The notes under the pieces were generated by a model, which saw only the letters and a program-made list of their open reading frames with translations, did not search any database and was not told where the DNA came from. A stretch of 64,000 nt of DNA, taken from NCBI GenBank assembly GCA_041655955.1, contig JBBAEN010000002.1:498355-562354 (forward strand), in the 5' to 3' direction. The DNA comes from Micavibrio sp. (GTDB lineage Bacteria > Pseudomonadota > Alphaproteobacteria > Micavibrionales > Micavibrionaceae). Position 1 is the first letter of the stretch; each line of letters begins with the position of its first letter. Below, one piece after another: positions 44,853 through 57,662 of the stretch. Position numbers and translations under genes: made by a program.

Positions 44853-46211
44853 TTAGTTCTGGTTGTTTTTATGTATTTTCGCAAAATAGGCGTCTATGGC
44901 GTCAACCATGGAAGACGTGATTTTCCGTCTATAGGCGGGGGTGTTCAGCTTTTCCGCCTCGCCCTTGTTAGACATAAACCCCATTTCAAACAGAACGGAC
45001 GGAATGTCGGGGGCCTTTAAAACCGCAAAGCCGGCATAGCGGTGTGGGCGTTCCAAAAGCCGGATACCTTGCCTTTGTGCCTGGGTTACGACCGTATTCG
45101 CAAAGAATTTGGACTGGTTCATCGTATCGCGCATGGCCAGATCGATAAGGATATCCGCGACTTCCTTGTCTTCATGCGAGAGATCGATGCCTGCAATAAG
45201 GTCGGCGCGGTTTTCGCGGGCGGCGAGCTTGGCCGTCTGGGCGTCGGAAGCGGTGTTGGACAGCGTATAGATGGAAGCGCCGCTCACGGCGGCCTTGTCA
45301 ATCGAGTCCGCGTGAAGGGAAATAAACAGGTCGGCCCCGTGCTTGCGGCCAATCGCGACCCTGTCCTGCAATCTTATGAAACGGTCGTTGGTGCGGGTCA
45401 TATGGACGGTATAGCGCCCTGTTTTTTCAAGCTGCTGTTTTAATTCCAGCCCTGCGGCCAGCGTTATGCGCTTTTCCTGCAAGCCGCCGGGGCCGATAGC
45501 GCCCGGATCCTGCCCGCCATGGCCGGGATCGATGACCACGATATGTTTTTTAGGGGGGCTGCCCCGTTTCGGTGGCGCGGGCGCCGGGGGCGGGGTTGGG
45601 AGCTGGAGCGTCCCCGCCGCCGCCGGGGAAGGCGCGCCCTGCTGCGGCTTTTTCGGGGGTAGCTGGAGCGTTCCGGTCGCTGAAGACGTGGGTTGAGGCG
45701 GCGGGGCCTGTGCCGCGCCCTTGCCGCTGACGGGGTTAAGCTGTAATTGCGGGGCGTCGGAGTTGAGGGAGCCGAAAATCCGCTCCTGCGCCGGATTCCA
45801 GCCGGAGGGCGGCTTTGCAATATCCATTACGATACGGTCTGAAATAGCGTCGCTGCGCGGCAGGAAAAAAGCGCTTTTAAGGGTGACATTCTGCTCTAGC
45901 TCGATAACGACCCGCGCTATGCCGGGCTGGAGCATGCCGTGGCGGACGCCCTTGACCATCGAGGCCGGCGCGTTTTGGGGCTGTCCCGCGCGCCAGTCCA
46001 GCGCCGGCAGGTCGAGAACCAGCCTTGGAGGATTCTGTAAAGTAAAAGCACGGAATTGCGTATGGCGGGAAAGATCGACCACGATGCGGGTTTTGTCCGG
46101 ATGGGTTCCGATACGCACCGAATTAACGGAAAGCGCTTCCTGCGCCATGGTTTTTGCGGGCAGGGCGGCAGCACAGAGCAGGGCTGTCAGGATAATGATA
46201 AAAACGCGCAC
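44853..46211 (-). CDS. amiC: N-acetylmuramoyl-L-alanine amidase (AmiC-like, AMIN domain + Pro-rich linker + amidase_3)
   Basis: IVVIDPGHGGQDPGAIG...SLHADS...GFMSN. Start uncertain. I prefer GTG 46211 (VRVFIIILTALLCAAALPAKTMA signal) over the track ATG at 46388. Confidence 0.8.
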   Translation of the reverse strand: MRVFIIILTALLCAAALPAKTMAQEALSVNSVRIGTHPDKTRIVVDLSRHTQFRAFTLQNPPRLVLDLPALDWRAGQPQNAPASMVKGVRHGMLQPGIARVVIELEQNVTLKSAFFLPRSDAISDRIVMDIAKPPSGWNPAQERIFGSLNSDAPQLQLNPVSGKGAAQAPPPQPTSSATGTLQLPPKKPQQGAPSPAAAGTLQLPTPPPAPAPPKRGSPPKKHIVVIDPGHGGQDPGAIGPGGLQEKRITLAAGLELKQQLEKTGRYTVHMTRTNDRFIRLQDRVAIGRKHGADLFISLHADSIDKAAVSGASIYTLSNTASDAQTAKLAARENRADLIAGIDLSHEDKEVADILIDLAMRDTMNQSKFFANTVVTQAQRQGIRLLERPHRYAGFAVLKAPDIPSVLFEMGFMSNKGEAEKLNTPAYRRKITSSMVDAIDAYFAKIHKNNQN

Positions 46212-46388
46212 GAGAAAGAGATTCCGTAAACTGAGCTTCGGGTAAATCAGAATACAAACATATGATGGATTTGCAAAGTTTTTAGAGGAAAGAAGCCACG
46301 GCAATTTGCAACAAAGCGAAAGCTTTTTGAAAACGGTTTTGATGGTATGCATTTCACAGGGAAGGGCGCGAAAACTTTGCCTGACCAT

Positions 46389-46832
46389 TTTTAACCTGCC
46401 CGGTTAATCTCCTGCTCTTAAAACCCTGCCCAAAGCCCTGCCTCGATTATTTTCATCCCGCCGGTTGCTTGCCATAACGCATGACTTGCGGGGCCGGAAC
46501 TTTTACATTGTATCTTAACCCTCATCTGTGTATTGTTTTTTTCAAGCGACCCGTTGCGGCCATGCAGTTGTTACTAATTATCTGATTTTAAAAGGTTTCG
46601 CTGGCTGTTACGGACAAAGATAGGCTCTCCCCGCCCGGAAAATCCGGCGCGATGCGCGAAGATGAAAGAGCCGACCTGATAAACGGTTGGTGTCTTTTAA
46701 AAAGACCGTAGCAGCTCCAATGGCTCTGGCCGGGGCCGTCTATCTTCCCTGATTGAATTTTTTGGCGCGGAGCGCCTTATCCTTCCTCGTCGCTTGAAGG
46801 TATGCGGGCCGCTCGCGCTGGAGGAATTATCC
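46389..46832 (+). promoter_or_regulatory. Long untranslated region upstream of rne (probable rne leader)
   Basis: ~440 nt with no credible ORF, ending at ggagga-N6-ATG. RNase E genes are known to carry long autoregulatory 5' UTRs. The promoter is not located. Confidence 0.4.
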
Positions 46833-49670
46833 ATGCCTAAAACCATGCTTATCGACGCAACGCATGCCGAAGAAACGCGCGTTGCCGTCGTCGATGGACA
46901 CCGCCTTGTTGAATATGATTATGAAAGCAAGGTCAGAAAACAACTTAAAGGTTCCGTCTTCCTGGCCAAAGTCACACGGGTCGAACCGTCCCTGCAGGCC
47001 GCTTTCGTCAATTTCGGCGGCAACCGCCACGGCTTTTTGCCTTTTTCCGAAATCCATCCCGATTATTTCCGCATTCCCATTGCCGACCGCGAGGCGCTGA
47101 TTGCCGCCCAGCAGGCCGAGCTTGAAGAGCATGACGAGGAAATGGAACAGGCTGAAGCCGCTATCGAACAGCAAGCCACCGAAGGGGACGGCTCTGAGGA
47201 GGGCGAAGAAGAAGAGGACGAATTGGAGCCTGTCGTCGAAGTCGGCGGCGATGACCAGCCTTTTGACGAGGAAGGCGAGGAAGAAGCAGGCGAGGACGGG
47301 GAAGCGCAAGGCGCAGCCAAAGCCAAAGCCCCCGCTGCCCGCGCTGACGCAAAGGCGCCTGTCGCGGCGAACGGAGCCGGCACTGAAGATAGTGCCGAAA
47401 ATGGCGCCGAAGAGGGGGAGGACAGTGAAGAGGCGTCCGGCGCCGCAATCGCGATGCGCGCATCCTCCGATATTATACAAGGGCCTGCTGCGGAAGAAGA
47501 TGACGCAGAAGGGGATCATGATTTCTCCGGGGACGACCATGGCGACGAAGATGCCGATATGGAAGGCTCCGCTGAGGACGCAGAGGCCGGAGATTCGGAT
47601 GAAGGCGAGGGTGAAGGGGAAGGCGATAATGCCCGCTCTTTCCGCCGTGACAGGAACCGTGGCCGTAACAATAGCCGCGGCGGACGCGGTGGACGGGGCC
47701 GCCGTTTCGGCGGCCGCCACAGCAGCGCCGATCGCGACGACCGCTCGGTCGATACGCTGGGCGGCGACGGGGTCGATGGTGACCGCCCGTTCCGTTATAA
47801 TTTGCGCAAATCCTATAAAATCCAGGAAGTCATCAAGCGCGGCCAGATCATGCTGATTCAGGTCAGCAAGGAAGAGCGCGGCAATAAAGGCGCCGCCGTC
47901 ACGACGTATCTTTCCATGCCGGGCCGTTATTGCGTCCTGATGCCGAATTCCCCGCGCGGCGGCGGCGTTTCGCGTAAAATTGCGGCCTTCAAGGATCGTA
48001 AGCGCATGAAGGAAATCCTGGACGATCTGTCCGTGCCGGAAGGCATGTCGGTCATCCTGCGCACAGCCGGTGTTGCGCGCACGAAAGTCGAAATCAAACG
48101 CGACCTCGACTATCTCACGCGGCTTTGGAACACGATCCGCGAACACACGCTGCAATCGACCGCGCCCGCGCTTATTTACGAGGAAGGTAACCTTATCAAG
48201 CGCGCCATCCGCGACCTGTATTCGCGCGACATCGAAGATGTCCATGTATCGGGTGAGGGCGGGTATAAGGCCGCCAAGGAATTTATGAAGATGCTGATGC
48301 CTTCGCACGCGAAGAAGGTGCAGGAATATAAAGATCAGCGCGTACCGATGTTCTATAAATTCGGCGTTGAAAACCAGATTGCCGATATTGGCGAACCCGT
48401 CGTTAATTTGAAATCCGGCGGTTATCTCGTCATCAACCCGACCGAAGCGCTGGTTTCGGTTGACGTGAACTCAGGCCGCGCGACGAAAGAGCGGCATATC
48501 GAGGAAACCGCCCTGAAAACCAACCTTGAAGCGGCGGACGAGGTCGCACGGCAATTGCGCCTGCGCGATCTTGGCGGGCTCGTGGTGGTGGACTTCATCG
48601 ACATGGAAGACCGCCGCAACAACCGCAAGGTCGAACAGCGTTTGCGCGACGCGCTTTCCAACGACCGCGCGCGTATTCAGGTCGGGCGTATTTCGTCCTT
48701 CGGCCTGCTCGAACTCTCGCGCCAGCGCCTCAACCCGTCGCTGGCCGAAGCGCAGCAGGAAATCTGCCCGCATTGCGCCGGAACGGGCCGCGTGAAAACG
48801 CTCGATTTCTCGGCCATTACCATCGTCCGCGCTCTCGAAGCCGAAGGCGTCAAGGGCAAGAACAACGACATTATCGTGACATTGGCCCCGTCCGTCGCCA
48901 TGTATGTGCTGAACAATAAGCGCGGCCTTTTGGCGGATATTGAATCGCGTTACGGATTCACCGTGCGTTTTGAAACGGATGAAACGCTTTCGACATCGCA
49001 ATTCACGCTGGAGGCTTGCGCCCGCGCGGCGGCGAAGGTCAGCAACGGCATTACGTCGGTCGCCGTCGATGATTATCCCGATGACGATTCCGAAGATGAG
49101 GCGGATAGATCCGCGGGCGGTGATGAGGATAACGAGGATAATAACGAGCAGCGGGACAGAAGCCGCCGCCGTGGCCGCCGCGGCGGACGCGGGCGTGGCC
49201 GTGGCCGCGAGCGTGACGGCCAACAGTCCTCCGCAGACGATAACGGCAATGACGGCGCGGCGCGCGGCGACGATGAAAGCGGCGATTCTGCCGGCAACCG
49301 TTCCGAAGCGGCAGAGGATGATGCGGACGACGATCGCGGCAACCGCGCCCCCCGTGAAGAAAACGGGGAAGGCGAAGGACGCAGCCGCCGTGGCGGCCGC
49401 AACCGCCGCGAGGGGCGCAGCCGTAATCAAGGGGGCCGCAGCCGCGAAGATGGCGGTCAAGCGGATGAGGGAGCGGAACGCGCCGCCCCTGCCGCGCGGC
49501 CGCAACCGTCCAATGCGGCATCCCCCCTTCAAACGATTGCTGCAAGGGCTTCCAACGATACGGAATCAGCGCCGGTAGCGGCGGGGGCCGAGCCGTCCCG
49601 CGACTATGAAACCGTCAATCAGGCGCCGGAGAAAAAAAAACGCGGCTGGTGGAACAAGCTGATTGAATAG
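46833..49670 (+). CDS. rne: Ribonuclease E
   Basis: Start at ATG 46833 (MPKTMLIDATHAEETRVAVV...). S1 domain interrupted by a long acidic insert, catalytic core (...VVVDFIDM...), CPHCAGTG zinc link, Arg/Asp-rich C-terminal scaffold. Confidence 0.95.
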   Translation: MPKTMLIDATHAEETRVAVVDGHRLVEYDYESKVRKQLKGSVFLAKVTRVEPSLQAAFVNFGGNRHGFLPFSEIHPDYFRIPIADREALIAAQQAELEEHDEEMEQAEAAIEQQATEGDGSEEGEEEEDELEPVVEVGGDDQPFDEEGEEEAGEDGEAQGAAKAKAPAARADAKAPVAANGAGTEDSAENGAEEGEDSEEASGAAIAMRASSDIIQGPAAEEDDAEGDHDFSGDDHGDEDADMEGSAEDAEAGDSDEGEGEGEGDNARSFRRDRNRGRNNSRGGRGGRGRRFGGRHSSADRDDRSVDTLGGDGVDGDRPFRYNLRKSYKIQEVIKRGQIMLIQVSKEERGNKGAAVTTYLSMPGRYCVLMPNSPRGGGVSRKIAAFKDRKRMKEILDDLSVPEGMSVILRTAGVARTKVEIKRDLDYLTRLWNTIREHTLQSTAPALIYEEGNLIKRAIRDLYSRDIEDVHVSGEGGYKAAKEFMKMLMPSHAKKVQEYKDQRVPMFYKFGVENQIADIGEPVVNLKSGGYLVINPTEALVSVDVNSGRATKERHIEETALKTNLEAADEVARQLRLRDLGGLVVVDFIDMEDRRNNRKVEQRLRDALSNDRARIQVGRISSFGLLELSRQRLNPSLAEAQQEICPHCAGTGRVKTLDFSAITIVRALEAEGVKGKNNDIIVTLAPSVAMYVLNNKRGLLADIESRYGFTVRFETDETLSTSQFTLEACARAAAKVSNGITSVAVDDYPDDDSEDEADRSAGGDEDNEDNNEQRDRSRRRGRRGGRGRGRGRERDGQQSSADDNGNDGAARGDDESGDSAGNRSEAAEDDADDDRGNRAPREENGEGEGRSRRGGRNRREGRSRNQGGRSREDGGQADEGAERAAPAARPQPSNAASPLQTIAARASNDTESAPVAAGAEPSRDYETVNQAPEKKKRGWWNKLIE

Positions 49671-49708
49671 GAGAAGGGCAAGCCCCTGATTCTTGAGAAA
49701 TTTGAAAA

Positions 49709-49737
49709 GGCAGCGGAGGGTTCCGCTGTCTTTTTTC
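49709..49737 (+). terminator. Rho-independent terminator of rne
   Basis: ggcagcgga-gggt-tccgctgtc followed by tttttt. Confidence 0.65.
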
Positions 49738-50159
49738 ATGGGGCGTGAGCGGCAAAAAGAAAAGAGCCGCCGGAATAGATAAAATGCTTCCTATTTTTTA
49801 TCCGGCCTTAATTCTTTTAAATTAACATAAGTAATAAGCGATGCTGGACAGGGTTTTTAAAAAGCTCCGGATGTAATAAAAATGCGCTCCCTCCTTAAGG
49901 GAGCCATATTCTCCGGCGCTTTTAAGCATGCGCTTTACGGGTTTCCGTCTTGTTGGTTCCCGTCTGCTTGTCTGGGTTTTTCGGGAGTTTTGCCCCCGCA
50001 TTCTCCCTGCTCCCGAAGGCCATTTCAAGGGCAGGCAGGCGTTTTCGTCCCCTTGGCCGCTGGAAGAAATTCCAGCGGCTCTTTTTTGCGCGTGGCATCC
50101 TTTGTGTTACCGTGTAATCTCCTCTTGTTGGAAATACGCCCCCCTTAAAAATGGAATGA

Positions 50160-50987
50160 TTGATGAAACGCTTTCTTTTTCTTCTCCCTTTTCTCGCTTT
50201 GACGCTTGCGGCTTTCGCCCCGCCCGCCTGGGCGCAGGGCAAGGAGGCGGCGGCGGATAAAAAACAAGCTTCCGCGCAAGCGGAACCGGCGGAAAAGGGT
50301 GCCGCCGCCGAAGTCCCGGCGAAGAAAGAAGCCGCCAAAAACGAGCCGGCCCCGAAAGAAGCTGTAAAGAAAGAAGCTGTAAAGAAAGAAGCGGCAAAAA
50401 AAGAGCAAAAGGAAAAAGCCCCGGCTGCGGGGCTGGAAGACAAGAAGGCCGGGAAAACGGCCTTGGAGCCTGAAAAAACCGCAAAGCCTGTGAGCAGCCC
50501 GCTTACCAAATGGCGCGATGCAGAAAATGCGTTGATTGATCCGCTTTCGCCGGAAGAACAGGAAAGCTTTTTCATCCTGCGCAACAAACATTCCATCATC
50601 CGCGTCATCCGCGTGGTCGAGCGCGATATTGGCGAGGCCGTGAAGTCCTGCGCGCAGAATAATGCCGATATGAAGGAACAGATGACTACGCGCTTCAAGC
50701 AATGGAAGGCCGCCGTCAATCCCATCATCGATACGGCGCAAAAACAGCTCGACAAGGATATTTCCGCGCTGAAAATCGTTTCGACCAAAGAGGCCCGCCG
50801 CGTGCTGAAACTGAATGACGCGGCTTTCGAACATGGCGAAAAACAAATCGTCAAAAAACCCGTATCGACCAAGGGCGCCTGTCAGGATTTGCTCAAAAGC
50901 ATGGACAGGACGGAAGACGATATGATCGCCCTGTTGCAGCAATCGCTTTTGACCGAAAGCGTTATCCGCGAACGGGCGAAGCGCTAG
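50160..50987 (+). CDS. Secreted hypothetical protein with Lys/Ala/Glu-rich repeat region
   Basis: Signal peptide MMKRFLFLLPFLALTLAAFAPPAWA-Q, then (KKEA[AV]) repeats, then a ~160-aa helical domain with 2 Cys. Confidence 0.65.
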   Translation: MMKRFLFLLPFLALTLAAFAPPAWAQGKEAAADKKQASAQAEPAEKGAAAEVPAKKEAAKNEPAPKEAVKKEAVKKEAAKKEQKEKAPAAGLEDKKAGKTALEPEKTAKPVSSPLTKWRDAENALIDPLSPEEQESFFILRNKHSIIRVIRVVERDIGEAVKSCAQNNADMKEQMTTRFKQWKAAVNPIIDTAQKQLDKDISALKIVSTKEARRVLKLNDAAFEHGEKQIVKKPVSTKGACQDLLKSMDRTEDDMIALLQQSLLTESVIRERAKR

Positions 50988-51272
50988 GTTTGCCTGAAGG
51001 GATATTATAGAAGGGTGCGATAAGGCACGCTAAGGCCGGCAAGGGCGCTCTTGAAAGTGCCGGATAAGAGTGCCGGAAAAAATAAAGCCGCCCTTCGCCC
51101 TTAATGGGGGCGGATTCATGCGCGGCCCCGGCTTGTTGCCGCAGCGGGCGTCAATTGCTGGAAAATTCTTTCCAGACATAGTCATCAGCAAAAAACTGTT
51201 CTTGGGGAAGACAGTAAAACCATAAAGGCGGGCGCCGTCTCTATGGCTCCGTACCTTTGCGCTTGCGTGCCC

Positions 51273-52298
51273 TTACGCTTGTGTGGCGCGTGTGCCGTGA
51301 TCTTTTGCGGCGCTTTCTTTATTCCAGTGCATGGCGTGAAGCCGGCGCGTCATCAGGGCGAGCAGGATCATCGCGCCTGCCTGATGTGTGGCGGCAATAT
51401 GGATGTGCGATTGCATCAGGACGGTGCCGATACCAAGCCCCACTTGCGCGAACGCCATGAGGAGGAGCGGGGCGTCTTTTTGACGAAGGCCGAAAGAGGC
51501 GATGGCGAGAAGGGCGAGAATTGCAAGCCAGCGATGGACGAACTGCACGCCGCCCGCTTCGTCGAGGAAGCCGCGCGGGAGGAAAAATTCCGGCGGCGCC
51601 CAATGCGCATCCATTTTCGGCCATGTATTATAAAGAAGCCCGCCATCAAGCCCCGCCGTAAACGCGCCCCAGATGATGGTGGCGGTCAGGAGCGCCATGG
51701 CAATCCAGCCATGCCGCAGGCGGCAAAAACCAGTCGCTACCTGTTGCTTCACCTTGTTGAAATCAAAGGCAAGCCACAACACGGCGCAGAAAATCAGCAT
51801 GGCAAGGACAAGATGGGCGCAAAGCCGGTAATGGCTGACCGACGGGCGGTCGACAAGGCCGCTCATCACCATGAACCAGCCCATAAAACCTTGCGCGGCG
51901 CCGAGCAGGAGGACGAAGAGGAATTTCCCCTTATAGCCTTCGGGAATTTGCCCCTTTATCCAGAAAACGGCGAGCGGTAGGGCATAAACAATGCCGATAA
52001 GCCGCCCCCAAAGCCTGTGAAACCATTCCCAGAAGAAAATATTCTTGAAATCGTCCAGCTCCATCCAGCTATGTTTATGGCGGTATTCCGGCGTTTCCTG
52101 ATAGAGGGTGAAGACGCGTTCCCATTCCGCTTGCGATAATGGCGGGAGGGTGCCGATCAGCGGCTTCCATTCGACCATGGAAAGGCCGGATTCCGTAAGC
52201 CGGGTGACGGCCCCGATCACCGCCATGGCAAAAACCATAAAGGCCGTGGCATAAAGCCATATTTGAATGTTTTTCGTGGTGCGAGTTGACAAATCCAT
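51273..52298 (-). CDS. ctaA: Heme A synthase (COX15/CtaA)
   Basis: 341 aa with 8 TM segments. AVTRLTESGLSMVEWKP..., HR..G and paired His-containing helices. Confidence 0.9.
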   Translation of the reverse strand: MDLSTRTTKNIQIWLYATAFMVFAMAVIGAVTRLTESGLSMVEWKPLIGTLPPLSQAEWERVFTLYQETPEYRHKHSWMELDDFKNIFFWEWFHRLWGRLIGIVYALPLAVFWIKGQIPEGYKGKFLFVLLLGAAQGFMGWFMVMSGLVDRPSVSHYRLCAHLVLAMLIFCAVLWLAFDFNKVKQQVATGFCRLRHGWIAMALLTATIIWGAFTAGLDGGLLYNTWPKMDAHWAPPEFFLPRGFLDEAGGVQFVHRWLAILALLAIASFGLRQKDAPLLLMAFAQVGLGIGTVLMQSHIHIAATHQAGAMILLALMTRRLHAMHWNKESAAKDHGTRATQA

Positions 52299-52316
52299 GA
52301 TGATTGAGATTTATAA

Positions 52317-53378
<1,062 letters not shown>

Positions 53379-53390
53379 ACTGTGCCCGCC

Positions 53391-54218
53391 ATGTCTTTTT
53401 CCGAAACCATCACCGCGGCATCCCGCGCCTACCAGACAGGCTGGATGGCCCGATCCTATATTATGCGGCTTGCGATGGTTCCCGTGATCCTGAAGCTTTT
53501 CTGTTTCGCGCTCGCCATTACCTATGGTTCGGGCGAGGGGCCGGAAACCTATTTGCGCTTCATGCTGATCATGCTGCCCGCCATCCTGGCCGAAGGATGG
53601 ATGCTTTCGCATTATGTGCGCTTCCTCGTGCTGGGCCAGACATGGCCGTTCCGCCCGTCCGGCGACATGGAGGCTGACTTGCAAATCCTGACCATCCGCG
53701 CGCGCGGCGTCCTTTCGGGCATGATCGTCTTTGCGCTTATCAGCGTCGTAAGCTCCATTTTAATGTACGGGATGATTGTCATGGTATCGCCCTATCTGCC
53801 GGCGGATCCGGCGGCGGCGCGCGAGGCATCCGCCCAGTTGCCGGCGCATATCGCCCTGACATTTCTCGTGGCCATTCCCGCCCTTTTATGGGGCTTTCGC
53901 CTGATGTGGCTTTATGTGCCTTTCGCGTTGAACATTATCCCTGCGAATTACCTCGGCAAGCTGCGCGGTTATGCGTCTTCCCTCCATTTGATCCTCGTAT
54001 GGGTCTTGTGCGTTTCGCCGTTCCTTTTACTGATGCGCGCGGGAAGCGTCATTGTGATCGAACCTCTTTCCGGCGTGATGGGGGAACAGGCGGGGGCCTT
54101 CCTGCTGGTTGTCATGAGCGTTCTTGTCGATACGGCAAAGGCCGTGATCTGCACGGGCGGGATTACCTATGTGGTGCAGGCTTTTTATGAACGCGGCAAA
54201 GGGCGGGGGGCCGTATGA
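53391..54218 (+). CDS. Integral membrane hypothetical protein
   Basis: About 6 TM segments. Start is ATG 53391 or GTG 53382. 4-nt overlap with the ferredoxin gene. Confidence 0.6.
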   Translation: MSFSETITAASRAYQTGWMARSYIMRLAMVPVILKLFCFALAITYGSGEGPETYLRFMLIMLPAILAEGWMLSHYVRFLVLGQTWPFRPSGDMEADLQILTIRARGVLSGMIVFALISVVSSILMYGMIVMVSPYLPADPAAAREASAQLPAHIALTFLVAIPALLWGFRLMWLYVPFALNIIPANYLGKLRGYASSLHLILVWVLCVSPFLLLMRAGSVIVIEPLSGVMGEQAGAFLLVVMSVLVDTAKAVICTGGITYVVQAFYERGKGRGAV

Positions 54219-54541
54219 GCGCGCTTCATATCCTCGTCACCGATCAGGACGGCGCCGAACACAGGCTGGAGGCGCTCGAAGGCTGGCGCATCATGGAAAT
54301 CATCCGCGATCACGGGCTGCCCATCAAGGCCGAATGCGGCGGCTGCGCCGCCTGCGCGACCTGCCATGTCTATATTGACGATGAATGGGTAGCGAAACTG
54401 CACCCGCCGCTGGATGAAGAGCTGGACTTGCTCGACACCGCGCCGGACATCCTCGATAATTCGCGGCTTTCCTGCCAGATATTGATGAGCGAGGAACTGG
54501 ACGGGTTGAGACTCACGCTGGCGCCGGGGTCGGAACCGTAA
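54215..54541 (+). CDS. 2Fe-2S ferredoxin (adrenodoxin/putidaredoxin type)
   Basis: 108 aa. CGGCAACATCHV...SRLSCQI cysteine pattern. Confidence 0.9.
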   Translation: MSALHILVTDQDGAEHRLEALEGWRIMEIIRDHGLPIKAECGGCAACATCHVYIDDEWVAKLHPPLDEELDLLDTAPDILDNSRLSCQILMSEELDGLRLTLAPGSEP

Positions 54542-54566
54542 GTCTGGTTTGTCAGGCGGTTTCGCT

Positions 54567-54971
54567 TTATGCGCGGCTTTCGCGTTTTTCCCTGGAAAGC
54601 TTGAACCCATGCATGCCCATGCGCCATTGCAGGGCGACGATAGCGCCTTTGACCGGCTGGAGCAGTAAAAGCGACAGGGCGATGGTAAGCGGAATAATCG
54701 TCACCACATGCACCCATAGGGGCGGCGAAAAATTCCGCTCCATTTCAAGGGCGAGCGGAACCATCATATGCCCGACGAGAAGAATGACCAGATAGGCGGG
54801 AAGATCGTCGGCGCGGTGATGATGGAATTCTTCACCGCAAGAAGAACAGGCATCATTCACTTTAAGCCATTTGCGAAACAGCTTCCCTTCGCCGCAATGC
54901 GGGCATTTGCAGGAGAAACCGCGCGAGAGATCGTGCGTCATGGATCTTTGTGCAGGGGGATGATGTTCCAT
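54567..54971 (-). CDS. DUF983 domain-containing protein
   Basis: CPHCGEGKLFRKWLKVNDACSSCGEEF zinc-ribbon followed by two TM segments. Confidence 0.75.
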   Translation of the reverse strand: MEHHPPAQRSMTHDLSRGFSCKCPHCGEGKLFRKWLKVNDACSSCGEEFHHHRADDLPAYLVILLVGHMMVPLALEMERNFSPPLWVHVVTIIPLTIALSLLLLQPVKGAIVALQWRMGMHGFKLSREKRESRA

Positions 54972-55016
54972 GGCGCTCCTTATAGGCGGTTACAGGATGG
55001 AAATCCACGGCTTTGT

Positions 55017-55283
55017 CTATTGCACCGTGACGTCGAATTCAATGAAACGCGCCTCTGCGTCCGTAATGATTTTATGGTGGGCGACATAGACCGAATGGAG
55101 CCTGCCCTCTATTTCCTCGACCCAGAAATCAAGGAAGCCGCGCAGGGCCGGGAATTTCGGGGCGAGATCGTAATCCTGCCAGATGAATTCCTGCAAAAAT
55201 TTCGGGTAATCGGGCAGGTGATAGTAAATCTGCGCCGTCGTCAGCCGGTAGTGATCCGTAAATTGCCTTTCAAAATCCGCCAT
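55017..55283 (-). CDS. Usg family protein
   Basis: 88 aa. YRLTTAQIYYHLPDYPKFLQEFIWQDYDLAPKFPALRGFLDFW...LHSVYVAH. Confidence 0.8.
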   Translation of the reverse strand: MADFERQFTDHYRLTTAQIYYHLPDYPKFLQEFIWQDYDLAPKFPALRGFLDFWVEEIEGRLHSVYVAHHKIITDAEARFIEFDVTVQ

Positions 55284-55387
55284 GCGTAAAACTCCTGTTT
55301 TCCATCCGGGCCTTCTGGCCTCTCTTAACCATTTCAGGATACCACAAAGCCCGTGGCCAATTCATTAATGCGAAAGGCGCGGGAGAT

Positions 55388-55417
55388 CTTGAATTTGCCG
55401 CGCGGACTCGCTATATG
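55388..55417 (+). promoter_or_regulatory. groESL promoter candidate (CTTGAA-N17-CTATAT)
   Basis: cttgaa-tttgccgcgcggactcg-ctatat fits the alphaproteobacterial heat-shock/housekeeping promoter pattern. It lies directly upstream of CIRCE. Confidence 0.4.
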
Positions 55418-55418
55418 T

Positions 55419-55445
55419 TTGGCACTCCTTATAAGGGAGTGCTAA
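55419..55445 (+). promoter_or_regulatory. CIRCE operator (HrcA binding site)
   Basis: TTGGCACTC-cttataagg-GAGTGCTAA versus consensus TTAGCACTC-N9-GAGTGCTAA. It sits ~60 nt upstream of groES. Confidence 0.85.
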
Positions 55446-55503
55446 CAGGCCCATGGTGGGATGTTGGCAACTGTTTTAAAACAAAGGTTTAGGAGAATAG
55501 ACC

Positions 55504-55821
55504 ATGAAATTTCGTCCTTTGCACGACCGTGTTCTCTTGAAGCGGATTGAAACCGAAGGCAAGACTGCCGGCGGGATTATCATCCCCGACACGGCCAAAG
55601 AAAAACCCATGGAAGCCGAAGTCATCGCTGTCGGCCCCGGCGCCTATAACGAAGACGGCGACGAGCGCATGAAGCTCGACGTCAAGGAAGGCGACATCGT
55701 TCTCGTATCCAAATGGGGCGGAACGGAAATCACGATTGACGGCCAGGAGCTTCTGGTTGTGAAAGAATCCGACATTATGGGCATTATCGAAGGCGCGTCC
55801 GCGTCCAAGAAAGCCGCGTAA
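55504..55821 (+). CDS. groES: Co-chaperonin GroES
   Basis: 105 aa. [16 protein letters not shown]...[13 protein letters not shown]. Confidence 0.97.
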   Translation: MKFRPLHDRVLLKRIETEGKTAGGIIIPDTAKEKPMEAEVIAVGPGAYNEDGDERMKLDVKEGDIVLVSKWGGTEITIDGQELLVVKESDIMGIIEGASASKKAA

Positions 55822-55887
55822 CTTATACCTGCCATCGTCCCCATGCCTAAAGCGGCGGAGGCGGTGGCCAACAAAAACTTGATTTAA

Positions 55888-57555
<1,668 letters not shown>

Positions 57556-57629
57556 AAAGCCCCCGCCGCCCCGGCGCTTTGCTTGCAAGGCGGCTGGCGG
57601 CGGCGGGAGCGCCCGACCCAAAGGACAAA

Positions 57630-57662
57630 AAGAAAGGCCGGATTATTTCCGGCCTTTTTTCT
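57630..57662. terminator. Bidirectional terminator shared by groEL and the convergent XRE gene
   Basis: aaaaagaaa-ggccgg-attattt-ccggcc-ttttttc. The stop codon of the minus-strand XRE gene (57643..57645) lies in the loop. Confidence 0.7.

Noticed and set aside
46827-48308. 493-aa ORF antisense to rne. Similar long shadow ORFs lie opposite dnaX (12922..13851), rhlE (19095..20240), purF (33521..34999), groEL (56563..57621), dnaA (62048..63376), the heparinase-like gene (28535..29524), icd (41260..42543) and others.
   Set aside because: Each lies fully inside and opposite a gene with unmistakable conserved motifs. Their products are Arg/Gly/Ala-rich and low in complexity, as expected for stop-poor antisense frames in high-GC DNA. 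None has an SD or a recognisable motif.
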